From the IMG/VR virus record IMGVR_UViG_2541047936_000003: a DNA stretch of 22,968 nucleotides; one strand, 5' to 3'. Below, piece after piece: positions 8,477-18,527 of the stretch. The translations under genes were made by a program, and so were the position numbers. This stretch comes from a virus (taxonomy: Duplodnaviria; Heunggongvirae; Uroviricota; Caudoviricetes). Positions within the stretch are counted from its first letter, which is position 1; every line of letters begins with the position of its first letter. A model generated the notes under the pieces. The model did not search any database. It saw only the letters and a program-made list of their open reading frames with translations, and had not been told where the DNA came from.

Positions 8477-8716
8477 ATGGGTAGCATTAACCTGCGTATT
8501 GACGATGAACTTAAAGCGCGTTCTTACGCCGCGCTTGAAAAAATGGGTGTAACTCCTTCTGAAGCGCTTCGTCTCATGCTCGAGTATATCGCTGACAATG
8601 AACGCTTGCCGTTCAAACAGACACTCCTGAGTGATGAAGATGCTGAACTTGTGGAGATAGTGAAAGAACGGCTTCGTAATCCTAAGCCAGTACGTGTGAC
8701 GCTGGATGAACTCTGA
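8477..8716 (+). CDS. relB: RelB antitoxin (type II TA)
   Basis: 79-aa ORF MGSINLRIDDELKARSYA...; recognised RelB; its stop overlaps the relE start. Confidence 0.95.
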   Translation: MGSINLRIDDELKARSYAALEKMGVTPSEALRLMLEYIADNERLPFKQTLLSDEDAELVEIVKERLRNPKPVRVTLDEL

Positions 8717-9003
8717 TGGCGTATTTTCTGGATTTTGACGAGCGGGCACTAAAGGAATGGCGAAAGCTGGGCTCGACGGTACGTGAACAGTTGAAAAAGA
8801 AGCTGGTTGAAGTACTTGAGTCACCCCGGATTGAAGCAAACAAGCTCCGTGGTATGCCTGATTGTTACAAGATTAAGCTCCGGTCTTCAGGCTATCGCCT
8901 TGTATACCAGGTTATAGACGAGAAAGTTGTCGTTTTCGTGATTTCTGTTGGGAAAAGAGAACGCTCGGAAGTATATAGCGAGGCGGTCAAACGCATTCTC
9001 TGA
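8716..9003 (+). CDS. relE: RelE mRNA-interferase toxin (type II TA)
   Basis: 95-aa ORF MAYFLDFDERALKEWRKLGSTVREQLKKKL...; recognised RelE; start overlaps the relB stop (ATGA-type coupling). Confidence 0.95.
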   Translation: MAYFLDFDERALKEWRKLGSTVREQLKKKLVEVLESPRIEANKLRGMPDCYKIKLRSSGYRLVYQVIDEKVVVFVISVGKRERSEVYSEAVKRIL

Positions 9004-9074
9004 ACCAAAGCATGACATCTCTGTTTCGCACCGAAGGTGACACTTCTGCTTTGCGTTGACAGGAGAAGCAGGCT

Positions 9075-9230
9075 ATGAAGCAGCAAAAGGCGATGTTAAT
9101 CGCCCTGATCGTCATCTGTTTAACCGTCATAGTGACGGCACTGGTAACGAGGAAAGACCTCTGCGAGGTACGAATCCGAACCGGCCAGACGGAGGTCGCT
9201 GTCTTCACAGCTTACGAACCTGAGGAGTAA
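9075..9230 (+). CDS. hokD: HokD (RelF) Hok-family membrane toxin
   Basis: 51-aa ORF MKQQKAMLIALIVICLTVIVTALVTRKDLCEVRIRTGQTEVAVFTAYEPEE, translated by hand (below the ORF-track cutoff); SD AGGAGAAGCAGGCT-ATG. Confidence 0.85.
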   Translation: MKQQKAMLIALIVICLTVIVTALVTRKDLCEVRIRTGQTEVAVFTAYEPEE

Positions 9231-9298
9231 GAGACCCGGCGGGGGAGAAATCCCTCGCCACCTCTGATGTGGCAGGCATCCTCAACGCACCCGCACTT

Positions 9299-9325
9299 AA
9301 CCCGCTTCGGCGGGTTTTTGTTTTT
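9299..9325 (+). terminator. rho-independent terminator after relBE-hokD
   Basis: AACCCGC-TTCG-GCGGGTT hairpin followed by TTTTGTTTTTATTTT. Confidence 0.55.
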
Positions 9326-9446
9326 ATTTTCAACGCGTTTGAAGTTCTGGACGGTGCCGGAATAGAATCAAAAATACTTAAGTAGCGCGCAGGGATAAGA
9401 GGGATGGTCCCTTAAAGGGGAGAGCTAATTATCCGGAAGGATTCTG

Positions 9447-9698
9447 ATGATGAACATCGAAGAACTGCGTAAAATTTTTTGTGAAGATGGCCTCTATGCT
9501 GTGTGCGTTGAAAATGGAAATCTTGTTAGTCATTACCGCATTATGTGTTTGCGAAAGAATGGGGCTGCGTTAATTAATTTTGTGGATGCTCGGGTCACGG
9601 ACGGATTTATCTTGCGCGAAGGTGAGTTTGTCACTTCATTACAGGCATTGAAAGAGATCGGAATAAAAGCTGGCTTTTCTGCTTTTTCAGGAGAATAA
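9447..9698 (+). CDS. rem: Rem-like small prophage protein
   Basis: 83-aa ORF (MMNIEELRKIF...) at the position of rem, between hokD and ydfU. Confidence 0.65.
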   Translation: MMNIEELRKIFCEDGLYAVCVENGNLVSHYRIMCLRKNGAALINFVDARVTDGFILREGEFVTSLQALKEIGIKAGFSAFSGE

Positions 9699-9764
9699 AC
9701 TCATCTACAATCTTGCGCGGGGCTGAACTCCCGCTGAGTAACACCGTGCCACCGGAGAAAACCG

Positions 9765-10043
9765 ATGGCACGCAACGCAAAATATTACAATTCTGATAAT
9801 TCGCCCGTTCTTGCCTGCACGCACGGGCGGTATTCTCACGCATTCAAGTCTGAATGGTTCCAGCACCCTCCATGCACTGCAGAACAGGCCGAATGGCTGA
9901 TTCATTCTTACCGCAGGCGCGGGTTCGAGGTTAAGAAAGCTCTCAGTCTCGACTATCGGCACTGGATAATCTCTGTCAGGCTGCCTTATTCCGAACGCCC
10001 ACCACGTGCGTCCCGCACTTTCCAGCAACGGATCTGGAGGTAA
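9765..10043 (+). CDS. hypothetical protein (92 aa)
   Basis: ATG preceded by GGAGAAAACCG (SD-like); its 3' end overlaps the longest possible ydfU start by 38 nt; no family recognised. Confidence 0.3.
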   Translation: MARNAKYYNSDNSPVLACTHGRYSHAFKSEWFQHPPCTAEQAEWLIHSYRRRGFEVKKALSLDYRHWIISVRLPYSERPPRASRTFQQRIWR

Positions 10044-11094
10044 CGTGCGGGTATTACTTAGACCTGTTCTGGTGCCTGAGCTTGGGCTGGTGGTCCTTAA
10101 GCCGGGCCGTGAATCCATACAGATATTTCATAATCCTCGAGTGCTGGTGGAACCGGAACCAAAAAGCATGCGTAATCTGCCATCCGGAGTCGTTCCTGCC
10201 GTTCGCCAGCCGCTGGCGGAAGACAAAACATTGCTGCCGTTTTTTAGTAACGAACGGGTGATTCGTGCTGCTGGCGGCGTTGGCGCATTGTCCGACTGGC
10301 TATTACGTCATGTTACATCCTGCCAGTGGCCTAATGGCGATTACCATCACACTGAAACAGTCATTCACCGTTATGGTACCGGCGCAATGGTGTTGTGCTG
10401 GCACTGCGACAACCAACTGCGTGACCAGACATCGGAATCACTGGAGCTGCTTGCTCAACAAAATCTGACAGCATGGGTGATTGACGTCATCCGTCACGCA
10501 ATAAGCGGTACGCAGGAGCGGGAATTATCTTTGGCTGAATTATCCTGGTGGGCGGTCTGCAATCAGGTGGTGGATGCACTACCTGAGGCTGTATCGCGTC
10601 GTTCGCTGGGATTACCAGCGGAAAAAATCTGCTCGGTGTACCGCGAAAGCGACATCGTACCGGGAGAGCAGACCGCCACCAGCATATTGAAACAACGCAC
10701 AAAAAATCTTGCACCGTTGCCTTACGCCCACCAGCAACAAAAATCACCACAGGAAAAGACGGTGGTAAGCATCACCGTTGATCCAGAGTCTCCGGAATCT
10801 TTCATGAAGCTGCCTAAACGTCGCCGCTGGGTTAAGGAGAAATACACACGTTGGGTTAAGACACAGCCGTGTGCTTGCTGCGGTATGCCAGCCGACGATC
10901 CGCATCATCTGATTGGTCACGGGCAGGGCGGAATGGGAACAAAAGCACATGATCTCTTTGTGTTGCCTTTGTGCAGAAAGCATCACAACGAGCTGCATAC
11001 GGATACAGTGGCATTTGAAGATAAGTATGGCTCCCAACTGGAGCTGATATTTCGTTTTATCGATCGCGCGCTGGCAATTGGCGTACTGGCGTAA
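10006..11094 (+). CDS. ydfU: YdfU-like DUF968 protein with HNH-like Cys/His cluster
   Basis: C-terminal CACCGMPADDPHHLIGHGQGG...LPLCRKHHNELH resembles an HNH/zinc-finger nuclease motif; start uncertain (GTG 10006 is the longest option). Confidence 0.65.
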   Translation: MRPALSSNGSGGNVRVLLRPVLVPELGLVVLKPGRESIQIFHNPRVLVEPEPKSMRNLPSGVVPAVRQPLAEDKTLLPFFSNERVIRAAGGVGALSDWLLRHVTSCQWPNGDYHHTETVIHRYGTGAMVLCWHCDNQLRDQTSESLELLAQQNLTAWVIDVIRHAISGTQERELSLAELSWWAVCNQVVDALPEAVSRRSLGLPAEKICSVYRESDIVPGEQTATSILKQRTKNLAPLPYAHQQQKSPQEKTVVSITVDPESPESFMKLPKRRRWVKEKYTRWVKTQPCACCGMPADDPHHLIGHGQGGMGTKAHDLFVLPLCRKHHNELHTDTVAFEDKYGSQLELIFRFIDRALAIGVLA

Positions 11095-11107
11095 GTGGAG
11101 AACGAGC

Positions 11108-11860
11108 ATGAACCTTGAAGCCTTACCAAAATATTACTCCCCAAAATCTCCAAAATTGAGCGATGACGCTCCAGCGACAGGCACCGGTTGTTTAACAATT
11201 ACGGATGTAATGGCAGCGCAGGGGATGGTGCAGTCGAAAGCACCACTTGGGTTGGCCTTATTTCTGGCAAAAGTTGGTGTTCAGGACCCTCAGTTTGCGA
11301 TTGAAGGCCTGCTAAATTACGCGATGGCACTGGATAACCCGACATTGAACAAATTGAGTGAAGAAATCCGGTTACAGATTATTCCTTACCTCGTGAGTTT
11401 TGCCTTTGCTGATTACTCCAGGTCTGCGGCAAGTAAGGCTCGCTGTGAGCATTGTTCAGGTACGGGATTTTATAATGTATTGCGCGAAGTGGTGAAACAC
11501 TACAGACGCGGGGAATCTGTAATCAAGGAAGAATGGGTGAAGGAACTATGTCAGCATTGCCATGGTAAGGGCGAAGCCAGCACAGCGTGCAGAGGGTGTA
11601 AGGGTAAAGGGATTGTTCTGGATGAAAAAAGAACCCGGTTTCATGGCGTACCGGTATATAAGATTTGTGGGCGTTGTAATGGAAACCGGTTTAGTCGTTT
11701 ACCGACCACGCTGGCACGACGTCATGTCCAGAAGCTGGTACCAGACCTGACCGATTATCAGTGGTATAAGGGGTATGCGGACGTCATTGGTAAACTGGTA
11801 ACAAAGTGCTGGCAGGAAGAAGCATACGCGGAAGCGCAATTGAGGAAGGTGACGAGATAA
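11108..11860 (+). CDS. quuQ: Q-family late-gene antiterminator
   Basis: 250 aa from ATG 11108 (SD GGAGAACGAGC); several CxxC/CxxH clusters (CEHCSGTG, CQHCHGKG, CRGCKGKG, CGRCNG) typical of a Q zinc-binding domain. Confidence 0.8.
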   Translation: MNLEALPKYYSPKSPKLSDDAPATGTGCLTITDVMAAQGMVQSKAPLGLALFLAKVGVQDPQFAIEGLLNYAMALDNPTLNKLSEEIRLQIIPYLVSFAFADYSRSAASKARCEHCSGTGFYNVLREVVKHYRRGESVIKEEWVKELCQHCHGKGEASTACRGCKGKGIVLDEKRTRFHGVPVYKICGRCNGNRFSRLPTTLARRHVQKLVPDLTDYQWYKGYADVIGKLVTKCWQEEAYAEAQLRKVTR

Positions 11861-11901
11861 ATGATTTTTGCTGAAGATGGCGACATGATGTTTGCATTTT
11901 T

Positions 11902-11930
11902 CAAAAAATATGGATAAAATTTTTTCAACG
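11902..11930 (+). promoter_or_regulatory. candidate late promoter (pR'-like) downstream of Q
   Basis: TTGCAT-N17-TAAAAT located 40-70 nt after the quuQ stop and about 50 nt before an intrinsic terminator, the lambdoid pR'/tR' layout. Confidence 0.3.
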
Positions 11931-11976
11931 ATGGGCTTTGTATACCCGACGTTAAGAAAAAGTAGAAAACCCGCTG

Positions 11977-12003
11977 ATGAGCGGGTTTTGTGCTTTAAAT
12001 GGG
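11977..12003 (+). terminator. intrinsic terminator (tR'-like)
   Basis: AACCCGCT-GATG-AGCGGGTT hairpin followed by a T-rich tract. Confidence 0.5.
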
Positions 12004-12281
12004 GCAATGGTAATGTTGAATCTCATCCCGGGACTCATGTCTGTTAACTTATTATTTAGCTGGTGACTTGGTTATTTGCCTGATGTTTAAAATGTTTTCT
12101 TCCAGTACAATGTCCCTAAACACAATGAGTCTGCTTATTATATTATTAGCAGAGCTATTACGGCCAAAGTACAGCATAAGCTTTTAAAGCCAATCAACCA
12201 GTCATCAAGACAGACGGGGTTATTCATAAAAACTCTCCATGTGTGATCCGATGGGGCCTGAAATTAAAGCTTTAATATAGC

Positions 12282-12494
12282 TCATGAAAGGTAAACATTG
12301 GCAGCTGAAGGGCCACGCAGACCATTTATCCGGCAAAATTCCACGCGTAATCCGGTGGTAATTTCTTCTGCATCGCGGAGATTGAGCGCTGAAACATGAA
12401 GCTGGACATCGATACGACCATCGGATGGGGTGATAAGACCCTTGCCGCTTTTGCCGTCAAAGGTTTTGACAATTCCTGTCATTTTACGGGACAA
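12282..12494 (-). CDS. cspF: cold-shock-domain protein CspF-like
   Basis: 70-aa [29 protein letters not shown]... with the CSD fold signature; divergent from cspB. Confidence 0.85.
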
Positions 12495-12794
12495 AAAAAT
12501 TCCTTAATACTGATAACTTGGCGCACTATACACACGTTCCTGAAGAAAGCTATAGTTTTTTGATGGGGTTGAAGATGGCTGGATGTCTAAAATAAACATT
12601 GCTTCATATGTTCAACTATGCGTTAATGATTGCGTCGGTTTGAAGAACAGACGATATACGAAGTAGTTTACTAAAGCAGTTCTCATTTCAGGTGTTATTC
12701 ACTTATTCCTTCTTTGAGTCTCTCCAATTAAGTACGAAGTCGTTTCTGTTATGCAAACCATTTATGCCGAAAGGCTCAAGTTAAGGAATGTAGA

Positions 12795-13010
12795 ATGTCA
12801 AATAAAATGACTGGTTTAGTAAAATGGTTTAACGCTGATAAAGGTTTCGGCTTTATTTCTCCTGTTGATGGTAGTAAAGATGTGTTTGTGCATTTTTCTG
12901 CGATTCAGAATGATAATTATCGAACCTTATTTGAAGGTCAAAAGGTTACCTTCTCTATAGAGAGTGGTGCTAAAGGTCCTGCAGCAGCAAATGTCATCAT
13001 TACTGATTAA
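12795..13010 (+). CDS. cspB: cold-shock protein CspB-like
   Basis: 71-aa [41 protein letters not shown]... with RNP1/RNP2 motifs (KGFGFI, VFVHF). Confidence 0.9.
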   Translation: MSNKMTGLVKWFNADKGFGFISPVDGSKDVFVHFSAIQNDNYRTLFEGQKVTFSIESGAKGPAAANVIITD

Positions 13011-13291
13011 AATTCATCGCTCGTCTGTATACGATAACGAAGAAGGCTGATGCCTGAGTAGAGATACGGACAGAGTAGTGAATATTGGATCTCTTTAATA
13101 AAAAGTAAGGAGGTCCAATACATGAAACAATGGCTAGCATATTTGGCAAAATCTTAATCAGGAAAAGTATGCTAACCATTGTGGTGAAGTGCAGGTTTGC
13201 TGCATGAATAGTTTTACAGCAGAAGCTAACTGCTGGCATGGCAAAACAAAGTGCGTAAGTGGATGACTCCCACAAAAAGCACCACAATCTC

Positions 13292-13318
13292 AAACCCGCT
13301 CAGGCGGGTTTTTTATTA
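13292..13318 (+). terminator. intrinsic terminator
   Basis: AACCCGC-TCAG-GCGGGTT hairpin followed by TTTTTTATTAT. Confidence 0.5.
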
Positions 13319-13373
13319 TCTGCTTTAAATATATTATTAAAATATAAAAAATACTTGTTACTAATAAAATCAA

Positions 13374-13544
13374 TCAGGCTACAGCTTTAAGATTTGTCTG
13401 GAATACTTTGTTGCAATGAGGGCAGATCAAAAGGGCACCTTTTTGTACTCTTGAAAAACTGTGTTCTGACTCTTGGGTGCAGTTTGGGCAGGAACATTTA
13501 ACGAGATAATTACGGCGTGATTTTGAGTTTTTACGTTCTGACAT
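13374..13544 (-). CDS. small zinc-ribbon protein (56 aa)
   Basis: CSCPNC...CPHC (two CxxC pairs); SD AGGAAAAG 4-5 nt upstream of ATG 13544; the ORF track's longer form starts at 13595. Confidence 0.45.
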   Translation of the reverse strand: MSERKNSKSRRNYLVKCSCPNCTQESEHSFSRVQKGALLICPHCNKVFQTNLKAVA

Positions 13545-13763
13545 AGGCTTTTCCTGTATAAATGGCCGTATACAGTACACTAAATATGAAAACATTTCTC
13601 GTATTATTATTTTATATATGACTTTCTTTCAAAATAATTACCCACATTTTTAATGTGTATGTTTTTTTAGCGCCGTTGAGAACAACGTGTGCTGTCAAAA
13701 CTACCCCGTAGACTCCGATCTTTTCAAACATATTGCACCATCCGTGTACATCGGGGTGAGGAT

Positions 13764-13979
13764 ATGAAATCAATGGATAAGTTAACAACAGGTGTTGCCT
13801 ATGGCACATCGGCGGGTAATGCTGGTTTCTGGGCATTGCAGTTACTCGATAAAGTAACTCCGTCACAGTGGGCTGCAATCGGTGTGCTGGGTAGCCTGGT
13901 TTTTGGCCTGCTGACGTATCTGACAAATCTTTATTTCAAGATTAAAGAAGACAGGCGTAAGGCTGCGAGAGGAGAGTAA
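13764..13979 (+). CDS. essQ: holin (lambdoid class II, dual-start MKSM)
   Basis: 71-aa [31 protein letters not shown]...[17 protein letters not shown] with two TM segments and a charged C-terminus; first gene of the lysis cassette. Confidence 0.85.
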   Translation: MKSMDKLTTGVAYGTSAGNAGFWALQLLDKVTPSQWAAIGVLGSLVFGLLTYLTNLYFKIKEDRRKAARGE

Positions 13980-13983
13980 TCCA

Positions 13984-14291
13984 ATGACTCAAGACTATGA
14001 ACTGGTTGTGAAAGGAGTCCGTAATTTTGAGAATAAAGTTACGGTAACTGTAGCCTTACAGGACAAAGAACGCTTTGACGGTGAAATTTTTGACCTGGAT
14101 GTCGCCATGGACCGTGTTGAAGGAGCTGCGCTGGAGTTTTATGAGGCAGCAGCCAGAAGGAGCGTCCGGCAAGTCTTCCTGGAAGTAGCAGAAAAATTGT
14201 CAGAAAAAGTTGAGTCTTATCTGCAGCATCAGTACTCCTTTAAGATTGAAAATCCTGCCAATAAGCACGAGCGTCCTCATCATAAATATCT

Positions 14292-14295
<4 letters not shown>
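13984..14295 (+). CDS. ydfR: YdfR-like protein (DUF1327)
   Basis: 103-aa ORF between holin and endolysin; tight spacing to neighbours. Confidence 0.65.
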
Positions 14296-15319
<1,024 letters not shown>

Positions 15320-15681
15320 GGTAATATTAAATCGGAACATTTACATCGCGGAATGTAAAATTTAAATAAAAAGGACTCTTCCATGAGCCAAAATTCCTGA
15401 AATCTTAAGGGTAAGATAAAAGGTCTTAATCAGAATGACACGTTTTATTAATAAATAAAGCTATTCTTTCATTGCTGTGTTTTTCTTTACAAAAGTAATC
15501 CTTGCTATGGGTGGTTAATCATGCGTTAATGGTGTTCTGGTTTGTTACAAATTTATCTGAAGCAGTCATTGTTATAATTTTATTATTTGTACCTCTTGAG
15601 ATTTCCTTGTTGGTTTTTCTCTCTGATATTTTTTTTCGGACCATTCTGCCCAAGGGCTAATTTCTTCAAAAGGTAATAATT

Positions 15682-15894
15682 ATGTCTAACAAAATGACTG
15701 GTTTAGTGAAATGGTTTAACCCTGAAAAAGGTTTTGGTTTCATCACGCCGAAAGATGGCAGCAAAGATGTGTTTGTCCATTTCTCAGCAATTCAGAGCAA
15801 CGATTTCAAAACATTAACTGAGAATCAGGAAGTTGAATTTGGTATTGAGAACGGACCTAAAGGTCCTGCCGCTGTTCATGTAGTGGCGCTTTGA
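15682..15894 (+). CDS. cspI: cold-shock protein CspI-like
   Basis: 70-aa [41 protein letters not shown]...; long AT-rich 5' leader upstream. Confidence 0.9.
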   Translation: MSNKMTGLVKWFNPEKGFGFITPKDGSKDVFVHFSAIQSNDFKTLTENQEVEFGIENGPKGPAAVHVVAL

Positions 15895-16098
15895 GGTAGA
15901 CAATATTACAAACCATATTCACTTTAGATGCCCGTGTTGTCATGGTTCCCAGTATAGAACATCATCTTTTGATGTTTCTGACATGAATCCTTTCGGGGCA
16001 AAATGTATCTTTTGTAAATCAATGATGATTACATTTGATAATATTTCACAATACTTAAATGCCAGCCGTCTGTCGTTGGATTTAAAAAAGTGAAAATG

Positions 16099-16124
16099 AA
16101 GGCTCCTTCGGGAGCTTTTTTGCT
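16099..16124 (+). terminator. intrinsic terminator
   Basis: GCTCC-TTCG-GGAGC hairpin followed by TTTTTTGCTT. Confidence 0.5.
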
Positions 16125-16566
16125 TGGTGTCTATTCGATGGATACTCACATACTACGGTAACATCATGAAAAAAATCATAGTTTTTTTTAACTCTGAACC
16201 AGCAGTGGTAGTGCCAGCGATGACTGGAGTTAACACCATCATGCGTGAATATCCAAATGGCGAAAAACACACCTTACTGTAATGGCCGCAGGGTTTCCAT
16301 CTCTGACCGGAGATCATATAGTCATTTATGTAGCCGCGGATCGACATGTTACTTCAGAAGAAATTCTGGAAGCAGCAATAAGGCTCTTGAGTTGATTTGA
16401 TGCTATTGCATTGATAATTCAGGAAAATTCTCTTTGTCTGTTTGTGTAAAATTTAGACTATCGTATGTTGATTATTGCGATGTTTCATCTTATCTTTTAC
16501 ACGTTTGCACCATATAATCGACTTACTGTGTAACTGGAAAGTCATAACAGACTAAAAGAGGAAATG

Positions 16567-16740
16567 ATGAATATTGAAAACTTAAAAACAAAAGCAGAAG
16601 CAGATATTTCTGAATATATAACAAAAAAAATTATTGAACTTAAGAAAAAGACCGGGAAAGAAGTTACCAGTATTCAGTTTACCGCACGGGAAAAAATGAC
16701 GGGTCTTGAAAGCTATGATGTCAAGATTAATTTAATCTGA
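16567..16740 (+). CDS. gnsB: GnsB-like (Gns family) small protein
   Basis: 57 aa MNIENLKTKAEADISEYI...TAREKMTGLESYDVKINLI; SD AGAGGA upstream. Confidence 0.75.
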   Translation: MNIENLKTKAEADISEYITKKIIELKKKTGKEVTSIQFTAREKMTGLESYDVKINLI

Positions 16741-16891
16741 TGTATTCAATAATAAAATTTATCCATAAACCTCGTTTTTACGGGGTTTTGTTATATTTGA
16801 ATGGTTCCGAATATCTAAATCACAATTGTTGATGGTTTTTATTAAACCAATGCAGTCCGGCTCAGGAGTGAGAGAAGCCGGACGTTATGGT

Positions 16892-17302
16892 TTAGCGTGG
16901 TAAGATCTGTGTAGTTTTCTGGATGCTTTCAGTAAATAGTAATGAATTATCAAAGGTATAGTAATATCTTTTTTGTTCGTGGATATTTGTAACCCACCGA
17001 AAAACTCCTGCTTTAGCAAGGTTTCTTCTGTATTCCTGAAATGTGATCTCTCTGGATTTCAGCTTATTAGAGGTCGTTTCTATAAGATGCCTATCCTTTG
17101 AAAATTTGACAGACACAATGTTTTTTAGGCCCTTTAATAACACTGTATTATCATTTTTTAATACAATATGAACATTCTCTGTGGCTAAATAGTAAATGTA
17201 ATGTGAGACATTGTGACGTTTTAGCTCAGAATAAAACCATTGATAGTTTAAATCGTTTCGAACTTTATCAAATATTTGTTTAAAAATGACTACCTGATCC
17301 AT
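16892..17302 (-). CDS. ydfO: YdfO-like DUF1398 protein
   Basis: About 136 aa from the internal Met ([11 protein letters not shown]...); the longest ORF extends to 17317. Confidence 0.65.
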
Positions 17303-17359
17303 AGATAAACCTTCCATGTGATATGAGGGGGCGTAGTCTGCACGATTATCTAAATTGCT

Positions 17360-17593
17360 TCAATCTGGTCTGACCTGTTTTCTGAGCAATTCAGTAATGT
17401 CACTCTTTTCTTTGTTTGCTTCAGAAGAAACTCTTTTTTCTGAGCACAGTCTCCGGCGGCAGGCTTCAATGACCCAGGCTGAGAAATTCCCGGACCCTTT
17501 TTGCTCAAGAGCGATGTTAATTTGTTCAATCATTTGGTTAGGAAAGCGGATGTTGCGGGTTGTTGTTCTGCGGGTTCTGTTCTTCGTTGACAT
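17360..17593 (-). CDS. small basic protein (possibly YnfO-like)
   Basis: 77-aa ORF with an Arg/Thr-rich N-terminus; position between ydfO and cos matches the Qin layout; identity tentative. Confidence 0.45.
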   Translation of the reverse strand: MSTKNRTRRTTTRNIRFPNQMIEQINIALEQKGSGNFSAWVIEACRRRLCSEKRVSSEANKEKSDITELLRKQVRPD

Positions 17594-17779
17594 GAGGTTG
17601 CCCCGTATTCAGTGTCGCTGATTTGTATTGTCTGAAGTTGTTTTTACGTTAAGTTGATGCAGATCAATTAATACGATACCTGCGTCATAATTGATTATTT
17701 GACGTGGTTTGATGGCCTCCACGCACGTTGTGATATGTAGATGATAATCATTATCACTTTACGGGTCCTTTCCGGTGAT

Positions 17780-17960
17780 CCGACAGGTTACGGGGCGGCG
17801 ACCTCGCGGGTTTTCGCTATTTATGAAAATTTTCCGGTTTAAGGTGTTTCCGTTCTTCTTCGTCGTAACTTAATGTTTTTATTTAAAATACCCCCTGAAA
17901 AGAAAGGAAACGACAGGTGCTGAAAGCGGGCTTTTTGGCCTTTGTCGTTTCCTTTCTCTG
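17780..17960 (+). other. lambda-type cos site (cosN 12-nt cohesive-end sequence plus cosB terminase-binding R elements)
   Basis: GGGCGGCGACCT at 17793-17804 is identical to the lambda cohesive end; downstream R-element-like repeats GTTTCCGTTCTTCTTCGTC, GAAAGGAAACGACAGGTG and TTTGTCGTTTCCTTTCTC lie just upstream of the Nu1-like gene. Confidence 0.8.
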
Positions 17961-17981
17961 TTTTTGTCCGTGGAATGAACA

Positions 17982-18527
17982 ATGGAAGTCAACAAAAAGC
18001 AGCTGGCTGACATTTTCGGTGCGAGTATCCGTACCATTCAGAACTGGCAGGAACAGGGAATGCCCGTTCTGCGAGGCGGTGGCAAGGGTAATGAGGTGCT
18101 TTATGATTCTGCCGCCGTCATAAAATGGTATGCCGAAAGGGATGCTGAAATTGAGAACGAAAAGCTGCGCCGGGAAGTTGAAGAACTGCGGCAGGCCAGC
18201 GAGACAGATCTCCAGCCAGGGACTATTGAGTACGAACGCCATCGACTTACGCGTGCGCAGGCCGACGCACAGGAGCTGAAAAATGCCAGAGACTCCGCTG
18301 AAGTGGTGGAAACCGCATTCTGTACTTTCGTGCTGTCGCGGATCGCAGGTGAAATTGCCAGTATTCTCGACGGGATCCCCCTGTCGGTGCAGCGGCGTTT
18401 TCCGGAACTGGAAAACCGACATGTTGATTTCCTGAAACGGGATATCATCAAAGCCATGAACAAAGCAGCCGCGCTGGATGAACTGATAACGGGGCGCACT
18501 TTGACGGTGACCAGAGCGGCACGGTGA
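17982..18527 (+). CDS. nohA: terminase small subunit Nu1 homologue with replaced C-terminus
   Basis: Translation MEVNKKQLADIFGASIRTIQNWQEQGMPVLRGGG... matches lambda Nu1 until about residue 166; the last ~13 residues (TGRTLTVTRAAR) diverge, marking a deletion junction. Confidence 0.85.
   Translation: MEVNKKQLADIFGASIRTIQNWQEQGMPVLRGGGKGNEVLYDSAAVIKWYAERDAEIENEKLRREVEELRQASETDLQPGTIEYERHRLTRAQADAQELKNARDSAEVVETAFCTFVLSRIAGEIASILDGIPLSVQRRFPELENRHVDFLKRDIIKAMNKAAALDELITGRTLTVTRAAR

Noticed and set aside
10487-11198. Minus-strand ORFs of 87, 121 and 71 aa
   Set aside because: Antisense to ydfU and quuQ; no start context or motifs.
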